The notes under the pieces: model-generated | The model's input: only the letters and a program-made list of their open reading frames with translations | What the model was told of the DNA's origin: nothing | The model's database searches: none | NCBI GenBank assembly: GCA_965277805.1 | Contig: OZ255842.1 | Coordinates: 2,528,001 to 2,592,000 of the forward strand | Direction of reading: 5' to 3' | DNA from: Candidatus Lustribacter sp. | Lineage (GTDB): Bacteria > Vulcanimicrobiota > Vulcanimicrobiia > Vulcanimicrobiales > Vulcanimicrobiaceae | Length of the DNA stretch: 64,000 nucleotides | Made by a program: the position numbers and the translations under genes | Shown here: positions 27,358 to 35,045 of the stretch, piece after piece | Layout of the letters: the number at the start of each line of letters is the position of its first letter | How positions within the stretch are numbered: the first letter of the stretch is position 1

Positions 27358-27363
27358 CGGCCT

Positions 27364-27747
27364 ATGGCCCGCAAAAAGACCCCGACCCTCACCGAGGCAG
27401 AGTACCGGCTGATGGATATCGTCTGGTCGAACGGGCCGCTGAGCGTCGCCGAAGTGCTCGACCGCGTGGGCGATCCGCCGCTGGCCTACAACACGGTCCT
27501 GACCACGCTGCGCATCCTCGAGCAAAAGGGCTATCTCTCGCACAAGGCCTCCGGCCGCGCCTTCATCTACCACGCCAACGTCGAGCGCGACGAGGCCCAG
27601 CGCGACGTCGTCAACCACATGGTCGCCCGCTTCTTCGGCGGCTCGCCCCGCGAGCTCGTGCTCAATCTGCTCGAGTCGGAGTCGGTCGATGATGCCGAGC
27701 TTGCCCGCTTGCGAGAGCTCATCGACCGGAAGGCGGGACCGGCATGA
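27364..27747 (+). CDS. BlaI/MecI/CopY-family repressor
   Basis: LTEAEYRLMDIVW, LAYNTVLTTLRILEQKGY, FFGGS..LVLNL. Confidence 0.93.
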   Translation: MARKKTPTLTEAEYRLMDIVWSNGPLSVAEVLDRVGDPPLAYNTVLTTLRILEQKGYLSHKASGRAFIYHANVERDEAQRDVVNHMVARFFGGSPRELVLNLLESESVDDAELARLRELIDRKAGPA

Positions 27748-29426
27748 TCGGAACCATCGTCGCCGCAGCGCTCTGGGCGCTGGCGGCCAGCCTGCTCCTC
27801 TCCGTCGTCGTCGGCGGACTGGTCGCGGCCGCCATCGTGCTGACGCGCCCGACGGCTGCCACGCGCGGCGCCTTGTGGTCGGTCGCGCTGGCTGCGGCCG
27901 GCGTCGCCCCGGTCGCCATCCTCGCCGTAATGCTCGTTCGCGGCACGTTCGCCGGGACGCCGGCCGCGACGGCCGCGCACACGCCCGCCCATTCATCCGC
28001 CCACACCGCTCCGGCCCGCCGAATGACCGGCGAGCGGACGATCTTGAACATGCCCGGCCCGGCGTTGGCCCTGCGCGTTCCCGGACCGCCCGACGTCGCG
28101 CCGCTCGCCGCGGCCGGCATCGTTGCCGTTTGGGCACTCGGCGCCCTGATCGGGCTCGCCGGCCTCGCCCGCAGCCTGGCGCGCGTCCGGAGTCTGAAGC
28201 TGCGTTCGAGCCCGCTCGACGGCACGCTCGCGACCGAACTGCCCTGGCTCACCACGACGCCCGGACGCGAGATCTACTTACGCCTCACGTACGAGACGGA
28301 AACGCCGATCGCCGTCGGCTTCCGCCGGCCCGTGATCCTGATCCCGACCGAGATGGCGACCGCCGACGGCCTGACCTCGATCGAGCCGCTGATCATGCAC
28401 GAGTACGCGCATCTCGCGCGCTACGACGATTGGACCAACCTCGCGCAGCGCGTGACCGAACGTCTCTTCTGGTTCAACCCGCTCGTCTGGATGATCGGCC
28501 ACCGTATCGCGCTCGAGCGCGAGGTTGCCGCCGACGAAGCCGTCGTTGCACGCACGCACAATCCGAAAGTCTACGCATCGACGCTGTGGCGCATGGCGCA
28601 AGAGATGCGCATGCCCGAACACGTCGTCGTTGCGCCGGGCGCGATGCTCACGCGCAAACAGATCTCCGTGCGCATCGAACGGCTGCTCGACGAGACACCC
28701 CTCGGCCGCCGCTACATCAGCGCAGCCGCACTAGCGATCGGCGTCGTTGCCTTTACCGGTGTAGCCGCACTTGCTGCGACAGCGCCACCGATCGTGCTCG
28801 CGCAAAACGACTCGCTCGCGCCTGTCGTCACCCATCCAGTCGAGACTCATTCGTTCGTACTGCAGCCACTGGCTCCACCGGCTTCACCGGCGCCCGTGTC
28901 GCCCGTAACGCCCGTACCCGCTGTGCTTCCCGTGCTCCCGAAGACCGCGTCGCCGGTTGAACTTCCGTCCGCGGCCCGCGAAACAATTGCTGCAGCTGCT
29001 GCCGCCCTGGCCACTGCGGCAGCGAAATCCGCCGACGCCGACGATCTCGGACACAAAATCCAGGCTGAAGTACAGCGCAGCTTCGGGGATGCTGCGAAGC
29101 ATCATCTGGTGGTGCTAAACAGCAACGACGACGGCCCGGTTAGCCGCGACCTGATCCGCAGCTGCATCGGCTGCGACTTCTCTCACCGTGACATGCATGG
29201 AATGGATTTGAGCAACCTCTCGCTGATCGGAGACGACTTTTCGTACGCTGACCTTCGCGGCGTCAACCTTCACGGGTCAAAACTGACGGGCGTCGATCTC
29301 AGTCACAGCAACCTCGACGATGCGGATATGAGCCAGTCGCTGCTTCGTGGCGTTGACCTCTCGCACGCTTCGATGCATGGCACCAACACGTCCGGCATCA
29401 AGCTGATCGGAAGCTCGCTCCCATGA
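27744..29426 (+). CDS. BlaR1-like M56 metallopeptidase fused to C-terminal pentapeptide repeats
   Basis: TM helices, HEYAH, WFNPLVW, EREVAADE; C-terminal CIGCDF followed by pentapeptide repeats. Confidence 0.88.
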   Translation: MIGTIVAAALWALAASLLLSVVVGGLVAAAIVLTRPTAATRGALWSVALAAAGVAPVAILAVMLVRGTFAGTPAATAAHTPAHSSAHTAPARRMTGERTILNMPGPALALRVPGPPDVAPLAAAGIVAVWALGALIGLAGLARSLARVRSLKLRSSPLDGTLATELPWLTTTPGREIYLRLTYETETPIAVGFRRPVILIPTEMATADGLTSIEPLIMHEYAHLARYDDWTNLAQRVTERLFWFNPLVWMIGHRIALEREVAADEAVVARTHNPKVYASTLWRMAQEMRMPEHVVVAPGAMLTRKQISVRIERLLDETPLGRRYISAAALAIGVVAFTGVAALAATAPPIVLAQNDSLAPVVTHPVETHSFVLQPLAPPASPAPVSPVTPVPAVLPVLPKTASPVELPSAARETIAAAAAALATAAAKSADADDLGHKIQAEVQRSFGDAAKHHLVVLNSNDDGPVSRDLIRSCIGCDFSHRDMHGMDLSNLSLIGDDFSYADLRGVNLHGSKLTGVDLSHSNLDDADMSQSLLRGVDLSHASMHGTNTSGIKLIGSSLP

Positions 29427-29451
29427 GAGCTTCCGTTTCTTTGCCCTCGTC

Positions 29452-29466
29452 AACTAATTCTATAGT
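29452..29466. promoter_or_regulatory. Putative BlaI-type operator ACTA-N6-TAGT
   Basis: AACTAATTCTATAGT upstream of the pentapeptide gene; matches 30193 and the blaI tandem repeats. Confidence 0.6.
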
Positions 29467-29478
29467 AGGTAGTTAACT

Positions 29479-30174
29479 ATGCTCGCACACTCTATCGCCG
29501 TTCTGCTCGGGCTTCTGATGTTACTGATGAGCGCCCCGGCGGGCGCCGCCGACACGATACTCAACGCTCGCTGCATCGGCTGTGACATGCACGGTCGGGA
29601 CCTTCACGGGCAAGATCTTCACGGCGCGACGTACATCGGCACCGATATGCAAGACATCAATCTGCGCGACACCGATTTGCGAAATGTAAGATTTGTCGGC
29701 GTCGATCTTTCCGGGGGAACGCTCGACGGAGCCGATTTGCGCGGGTCGACCTTTACGGGTGTCGATTTCGGTAACGTGACGCTTCGAGGTGCTAATGTTA
29801 CCGGCATTCGGCTAACGGGCGTCGATCTCAAACGCATCCGGCTCGCCGGCGTTGACGTTCACACATTCTTGGCCCGCTGCGTCGGATGCGATTTCTCCCA
29901 GGCCGATCTTCACGGCCTCGATATGCACGGCTCCGCGCTGATCGGCGCCGATTTTCACGATGCGAATCTCGAAAACGTCAACTTTAACGGCGCGACGCTT
30001 TGCAGCGGCCACAGCAATAACCCGTGTGACGACCTGCGCGGCGCGCGCGTCGCGGGGGCCAACTTCCGCAATGTGCGCTGGTGCGAGGGCATCGACCGCG
30101 CTTGTCGTCCGGTGACGGCCGACGAGCTGCGCCGCCTCACCAACAACCCGCTCACCGGAGCGCAGTTACCCTGA
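29479..30174 (+). CDS. Secreted pentapeptide-repeat protein
   Basis: Signal peptide; CIGCD and CVGCD caps; A(D/N)LxG-type repeats. Confidence 0.88.
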   Translation: MLAHSIAVLLGLLMLLMSAPAGAADTILNARCIGCDMHGRDLHGQDLHGATYIGTDMQDINLRDTDLRNVRFVGVDLSGGTLDGADLRGSTFTGVDFGNVTLRGANVTGIRLTGVDLKRIRLAGVDVHTFLARCVGCDFSQADLHGLDMHGSALIGADFHDANLENVNFNGATLCSGHSNNPCDDLRGARVAGANFRNVRWCEGIDRACRPVTADELRRLTNNPLTGAQLP

Positions 30175-30192
30175 TTTTACCGCGCCGTCTGA

Positions 30193-30207
30193 AACTAAAT
30201 CGCTAGT
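30193..30207. promoter_or_regulatory. Putative BlaI-type operator ACTA-N6-TAGT
   Basis: AACTAAATCGCTAGT upstream of the 46-aa ORF. Confidence 0.55.
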
Positions 30208-30238
30208 ACACCGTAACTTAACCGGAGGCACACACACC

Positions 30239-30379
30239 ATGTTCAACTTCTTCGCACCGATCGTCTTAGCACTCGCGATCATCGCCACGCTCGGCACGCA
30301 GCTCGTCACGACGGCCTATCGCAATACGCAATTACCGCCGTGCGCCGGCTGCGAGATCCACTCGCGCGACCTCAGCTAG
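30239..30379 (+). CDS. 46-aa membrane/secreted microprotein with CxGC motif (absent from ORF track)
   Basis: GGAGG RBS; MFNFFAPIVLALAIIATLGTQLVTTAYRNTQLPPCAGCEIHSRDLS. Confidence 0.65.
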   Translation: MFNFFAPIVLALAIIATLGTQLVTTAYRNTQLPPCAGCEIHSRDLS

Positions 30380-31242
30380 TTCGTGCGGGCGATTTCGCCG
30401 AAGCGGCCGGCTTGATAATCGCGGAAGGCCTGCTCGATCTCGGCCTTCGTGTTCATCACGAAGGGTCCGTACCGCGCGACCGGCTCGTTCAGCGGCATGC
30501 CGGCGAGGACCAGCGCTTCGAAGCCGCCGGCGTCCGCCGTTAGCTCGAGCGACGCCGGCGCGTTCGCGATCAGCGCAACGCGGTGATCGGAGAGCGCGGT
30601 GTCTTGCACGCGGCCGCTGCCGTCAATCGTGTGAACGATCGCATTCGAACCCGCTGCAATCGACAGCGTCAGATGCGCACCGGCTTCGAGCTTCACGTGA
30701 ACCATCGTCGTTGGAACGGTCGTCTCGATCGGCGAACCCTTTCCATCCAGTTCACCGGCAATCACGCGGGCCCACGTTCCGGGGCCGGTGACGATCGGCA
30801 GTTGCGCGCTCGCATACTCTTGATAACGCGGCGTTGCCAGCTTCTGCGACTGCGGCAGGTTGACCCAAATCTGAAAGCCGTGCACGCGTCCGCCGCGCTC
30901 CATGATTTCTTTCGCCGGCATCTCCGAATGGATCACGCCGGCACCCGCCGTCATCCATTGCACGTCACCCGGCTGCAGCGAGCCGCGATGACCGTGCGAA
31001 TCTTCATGCTCCATCGCACCGTCGAGCACGTAGGTGACGGTTTCGAAGCCGCGGTGCGGATGGTCGGGAGCGCCGATGCCCTCGCCTGGACCGTACGTAA
31101 CGGGACCCATCTCGTCGATGAGCAGAATCGGATCGAAGTATGAGAGTCCGGCGACCGGAAATGCGCGCCGGATCTGAAAGCCGCCGCCTTCGAGTGCGAC
31201 CTGCGTGGGGACAACCGTGATGGACGTGGCTTGGGTCTGCAT
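30376..31242 (-). CDS. Pirin-family protein
   Basis: DHPHRGFETVTY, WMTAGAGVIHSE, GPFVMN. Confidence 0.95.
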   Translation of the reverse strand: MQTQATSITVVPTQVALEGGGFQIRRAFPVAGLSYFDPILLIDEMGPVTYGPGEGIGAPDHPHRGFETVTYVLDGAMEHEDSHGHRGSLQPGDVQWMTAGAGVIHSEMPAKEIMERGGRVHGFQIWVNLPQSQKLATPRYQEYASAQLPIVTGPGTWARVIAGELDGKGSPIETTVPTTMVHVKLEAGAHLTLSIAAGSNAIVHTIDGSGRVQDTALSDHRVALIANAPASLELTADAGGFEALVLAGMPLNEPVARYGPFVMNTKAEIEQAFRDYQAGRFGEIARTN

Positions 31243-31314
31243 AGCCTATCCATAACCACCGCCGGGTTGCATGAGATGCAGGGGCGAGCAGCCCAGGCGT
31301 AGAGTCAACCGGTC

Positions 31315-32421
31315 ATGACGACGGAAGCGGTCAAACCCTTAGCTTACGGCATCGACTCCTACCTCGAGTGGATCAAACGCGAAGGCCTGCTCGTGCACGA
31401 GGGCCTCGCGCTGAACCTCATGAAGCTCGAGACGCGGGACTGGCCGCGCTTCGGCGTCGACGGCGCCGCGCTGCACTTCAAAGGCAGCGGCGACTTCTGC
31501 TCGATGTTCCTCATGAACGTCGGCGCGGGAAAAGCCACCAACCCGATCCAGCACGTCTTCGAGGCGATCTACTACGTCTTCGAGGGCCGCGGCTCGACGC
31601 AGCTCGAGTTCAGCGACGGAACGACCCGCAGTTTCGAATGGGGTCCGCGCAGCTTTTTTGCTATCCCACTCAACGCGAAGTACCGGCATTTCAACGCGAG
31701 CGGCACCGAACGCGCGCTGCTGGCCGTAACGACGACGGCGCCGCTGATGATGAAGATCTTTCACAACGAGCGCTTCATCTTCGACTTGCCGTTCGATTTC
31801 ACGGACCGCATCGGTAAGGAAGCGTTCTTCACCGGGCAAGGCGATTTGCACATGGTCCGGCCCGGCAACAATATGTGGGAGACGAACTTCGTCCCCGATT
31901 TGGGCGAACTCGAGCTCACCAGTTGGGACGACCGCGGCAAGGGCTCGAAAAATATTATCTTCGCGCTCGGCGACGGCATCATGCACGCGCACATGTCGGA
32001 GATCCCCCCGGCCATGTACAAGAAGGCGCACCGGCACATCGACGGCGCGCACGTGCTCACCCTCAGCGGCAACGGCTATTCGCTGCTCTGGTATCCGGGT
32101 GAGAAAGACTTCGAACGCGTCGATTGGGAATACGGCGTCGTCTTTCCGCCGCAAGCCAACCAGTTTCATCAGCATTTCGTCACGAGCAACAACGCGTCGC
32201 GCTACATCGCCACCGGCATCGGCGGCATGCGCTACCCGCTCACCGAAGAGCACCGCCGGATCGCGCTCGGCAAGCCGGGTGATAAGCAATCGCTCTCACT
32301 CAGCGTGAAGGACGGCGGCGACCAGATCGAGTTCACCGATCAAGACCCGCGCATTCACGAAATCTGGCGCGAAGAGATGCGCAAGAACGGCATCCCGTCG
32401 GACTGGGACCCCACGCACTGA
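31315..32421 (+). CDS. Double-cupin protein of unknown function (paralog of 57024-58184)
   Basis: FEWGPRS, WETNF, YKKAHRH, GYSLLW, FHQHF, GGDQIEF.DQDP. Confidence 0.75.
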   Translation: MTTEAVKPLAYGIDSYLEWIKREGLLVHEGLALNLMKLETRDWPRFGVDGAALHFKGSGDFCSMFLMNVGAGKATNPIQHVFEAIYYVFEGRGSTQLEFSDGTTRSFEWGPRSFFAIPLNAKYRHFNASGTERALLAVTTTAPLMMKIFHNERFIFDLPFDFTDRIGKEAFFTGQGDLHMVRPGNNMWETNFVPDLGELELTSWDDRGKGSKNIIFALGDGIMHAHMSEIPPAMYKKAHRHIDGAHVLTLSGNGYSLLWYPGEKDFERVDWEYGVVFPPQANQFHQHFVTSNNASRYIATGIGGMRYPLTEEHRRIALGKPGDKQSLSLSVKDGGDQIEFTDQDPRIHEIWREEMRKNGIPSDWDPTH

Positions 32422-32423
32422 CC

Positions 32424-32453
32424 GTCATCCCGAGCTTGTCGAGGGACAGCCAC
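32424..32453. repeat. REP-like repeat, copy 3
   Basis: GTCATCCCGAGCTTGTCGAGGGACAGCCAC just after the cupin stop codon. Confidence 0.75.
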
Positions 32454-32508
32454 GATATTGCCAGTTTGACCCAAGCGCCCTCACAAGCTTCTGCGCGATG
32501 ATGCGGGC

Positions 32509-32829
32509 ATGGAAAACGCTACGACCGTCATCTTTCCCGTCGGAGATTTCACCTCCGCGATCATGCGGAAGGTCGCCGATTCCTTGGGCGAAGCCTCGTC
32601 GCGCGGACGCACGATCGTGATCTCGCTGCAGTGGACCGCGCGCTGGTCCTGGGATGCGTTGTGCCAGCTCTCGGAATCGCTGCACGACCGTTACCGGAAT
32701 GCGCGCGTGTGTTTTACCGGGGTTCCGCCGGCCCGCCGCGCGCTGTTGCGGGAAGTCGGGCTCAGCGGGGCTTGGATCGCCGACGAACCGTTACCCGGTT
32801 CGGCGCAACAGGTCCTGATTGCCGCCTGA
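32509..32829 (+). CDS. Small STAS-like hypothetical protein
   Basis: 106 aa; FPVGDF..., RVCFTGVPP..RALLREVGL resembles a degenerate STAS domain. Confidence 0.5.
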   Translation: MENATTVIFPVGDFTSAIMRKVADSLGEASSRGRTIVISLQWTARWSWDALCQLSESLHDRYRNARVCFTGVPPARRALLREVGLSGAWIADEPLPGSAQQVLIAA

Positions 32830-32832
32830 GCG

Positions 32833-33414
32833 CTACGGATGCGCGTGACAGATCAGGTCGGCGTTGTTCGGTAACACGCCGAAGAAGGTGAGTTCGGCCA
32901 CGCCGATCGCGGGCAGGTAGATGACCGTGTTCAGTTTCCGGCCGTTGAGGTAATCGGAGAACGCGAAACCGTCGGCCTTCGCTCCGTTGGCGTCGGCCGT
33001 CGCCTTCATACCCTCGAAGCGCTTCTCAATCTGTGCGCCGCTGATGCTGTGGTAGGTGCTGCGCTGCCCCGCGGCCGGCGGAACTGCCGGCAAAAGCAAA
33101 GCCTTGGGAAAGCGTTTGATCACGCCGGGCTGCAGCAAGTAGCCGTACGCGTAGATATTGCCCTGTGCGTCGGCCGCACGATACGCCTGCGTCTTCGTCA
33201 TCGAGGGCCCGATCGCAACGGCCGTCGTGACCAGCATGGCGTTGGGCGCGATCTTCGGATCGCCGGGCGCGACGTCGACGGTAACGTACCCCTGCGTGTT
33301 GCAGTGCAGCAGTTGGTGAAAACCGGCGTTCATCGGCGTCAGCGGGCCGGCGGCACCGGCCGGCGCGCTCGCGAGCAACGTGAGGGCAAGAGTCAGTGCA
33401 ATGCGGACGTTCAT
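32833..33414 (-). CDS. Secreted hypothetical protein
   Basis: Signal peptide MNVRIALTLALTLLASAPAGA; coupled to the upstream gene. Confidence 0.65.
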   Translation of the reverse strand: MNVRIALTLALTLLASAPAGAAGPLTPMNAGFHQLLHCNTQGYVTVDVAPGDPKIAPNAMLVTTAVAIGPSMTKTQAYRAADAQGNIYAYGYLLQPGVIKRFPKALLLPAVPPAAGQRSTYHSISGAQIEKRFEGMKATADANGAKADGFAFSDYLNGRKLNTVIYLPAIGVAELTFFGVLPNNADLICHAHP

Positions 33415-35045
33415 CAGTAGCGTGATGCTTTCGTTTCTTGCGCGGTGATGAACTCCAGCAGCGCGGGTCTCCCGGCGCGCGTCTGTTCGATGCCGCGTTT
33501 GATCGCCGGAACGATCTCTTCGGGTGCGGTGATGCGTTCGCCATAGCCGCCGAAGGCGCGCGCCATAGCGGCGTAGTCGCCGGAGATGTCGGTCGAGCGA
33601 TACTTCTTCGTCGCTTCCGGCATCACGTTGAGTTCGATCGCCATGGCCGAGTTGTTGAGCAAAATCGAGAGGATCGGAATGCGCTCGCGCACCGCCGTCT
33701 CGAAGTCCATGCCGGTGAAGCCGATCGCGGCGTCACCCCAAACGTTGATGCACAGCTTCTCCGGCCGCGCCAGTTTGGCGCCCATGGCGAGCCCGAGCCC
33801 GTAGCCGAGCTGCGTCGTCTTTCCCCAGCCGATGTAGCTGTGCGGCGCGGTCGACTTCCAGAACGGCGTGAGCTGATCGCGCGGGCTGCCGGCGTCGTGC
33901 GTGATGATCGTCTCGGCTTTGTCGACCGTCTGCTGCAGATCCCAGAGCACGCGATAGGGGCTGATCGGCGTCTCGGCCGAGGTCAGCTTCGGCATCCATT
34001 CGGCGAGCCACGGCTCTTCGACCAACGCGATCTCGGCCTGCACCGCGGCCGGGTCGCTGGCGGTGCCTTCGAGCAGTTCGCGACACGCGTCGACGAGCGC
34101 ACGCAGCGCGAGCTGCGCATCGCCGGCCAGGCCCACCACGGAACGCACCGATTTGTTCAAGTCGTTGGGGTCGCTCGTCAAGTGAACGAACGTCTTCCCG
34201 GGCGGCATCTTGATCGCGAACGACGATTCCGAGAAACTGCAGCCCGCGCCGAAGATCACGTCGGCGTTATCGAGGAAGTGCCGCACCGTCTTCGGCATCG
34301 CCGCGCCGCCGGCGCCGAGCGCGAGCGGATGCGTTTCGTCGAACGCGCTCTTGCCCTCGAGGCTCGTGCACACGGGCGCCGCGAGCAACTCGGCCAGCTC
34401 TTTCAGTTCCGCATACGCTCCGGCCCAGTGGATGCCGGCGCCGGCATAAATCGTCAAGCGCTTCGCGCCGACGAGCACTTCGGCCGCGCTTTTGACGTCG
34501 TCGGGATCGGGTCCGCTGCGCGTCGCGTAGACGGGCGCGTAGTCGAGCGGTTCGGGAACCTCGGCGCCGTAGAGATCGTTCGGGATCTCGATCACCACCG
34601 GGCGCAGACGGCCGTTGCGCAGCAGCGAGAACGCGCGCCGCATGATGTTCGGCACTTCCGCGCCCGACGTGATCGGCTCCGCGTGCTTGGACACCGGTTC
34701 GAACACCCGGGTCGAGTTGAAATTATCCGGCACGTGCGCGATGCGCGTTGCGTACCCGCCCGGCAGGATCAGTAACGGAATGGATTCCGAATACGCCTGC
34801 GCAACCGAACCGAACGCGTTCTCGATCCCCGGTCCGTGCTGGCATGCGAACACGCCGATCTTCTTGCCGTGCGAGAGGCGCGCGACGGCGTCGGCCATGT
34901 GCACCGCGATGCGTTCCTGACGCACGATGATCGGACGGATGTCGGCTTCGGCCGCGGCCTCGATCACCGCGTTGCGCGGGTAGGCGAAGAGAATCTCAAC
35001 ACCTTCTCGCTTGAGGATCTCGGCAATGGCGGCGGCAGCCTTCAT
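33414..35045 (-). CDS. Thiamine diphosphate-dependent enzyme (acetolactate synthase-like family)
   Basis: VRQER, HGPG, QLGYGLG, WGDAA...NN ThDP motif. Confidence 0.9.
   Translation of the reverse strand: MKAAAAIAEILKREGVEILFAYPRNAVIEAAAEADIRPIIVRQERIAVHMADAVARLSHGKKIGVFACQHGPGIENAFGSVAQAYSESIPLLILPGGYATRIAHVPDNFNSTRVFEPVSKHAEPITSGAEVPNIMRRAFSLLRNGRLRPVVIEIPNDLYGAEVPEPLDYAPVYATRSGPDPDDVKSAAEVLVGAKRLTIYAGAGIHWAGAYAELKELAELLAAPVCTSLEGKSAFDETHPLALGAGGAAMPKTVRHFLDNADVIFGAGCSFSESSFAIKMPPGKTFVHLTSDPNDLNKSVRSVVGLAGDAQLALRALVDACRELLEGTASDPAAVQAEIALVEEPWLAEWMPKLTSAETPISPYRVLWDLQQTVDKAETIITHDAGSPRDQLTPFWKSTAPHSYIGWGKTTQLGYGLGLAMGAKLARPEKLCINVWGDAAIGFTGMDFETAVRERIPILSILLNNSAMAIELNVMPEATKKYRSTDISGDYAAMARAFGGYGERITAPEEIVPAIKRGIEQTRAGRPALLEFITAQETKASRY

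Noticed and set aside
29479-30174. Qnr/MfpA-type quinolone resistance protein
   Set aside because: Has a signal peptide, so it is unlikely to reach gyrase
30266-30274. TTAGCACTC CIRCE half-site
   Set aside because: No GAGTGCTAA partner after 9 nt, and it lies inside the microprotein ORF
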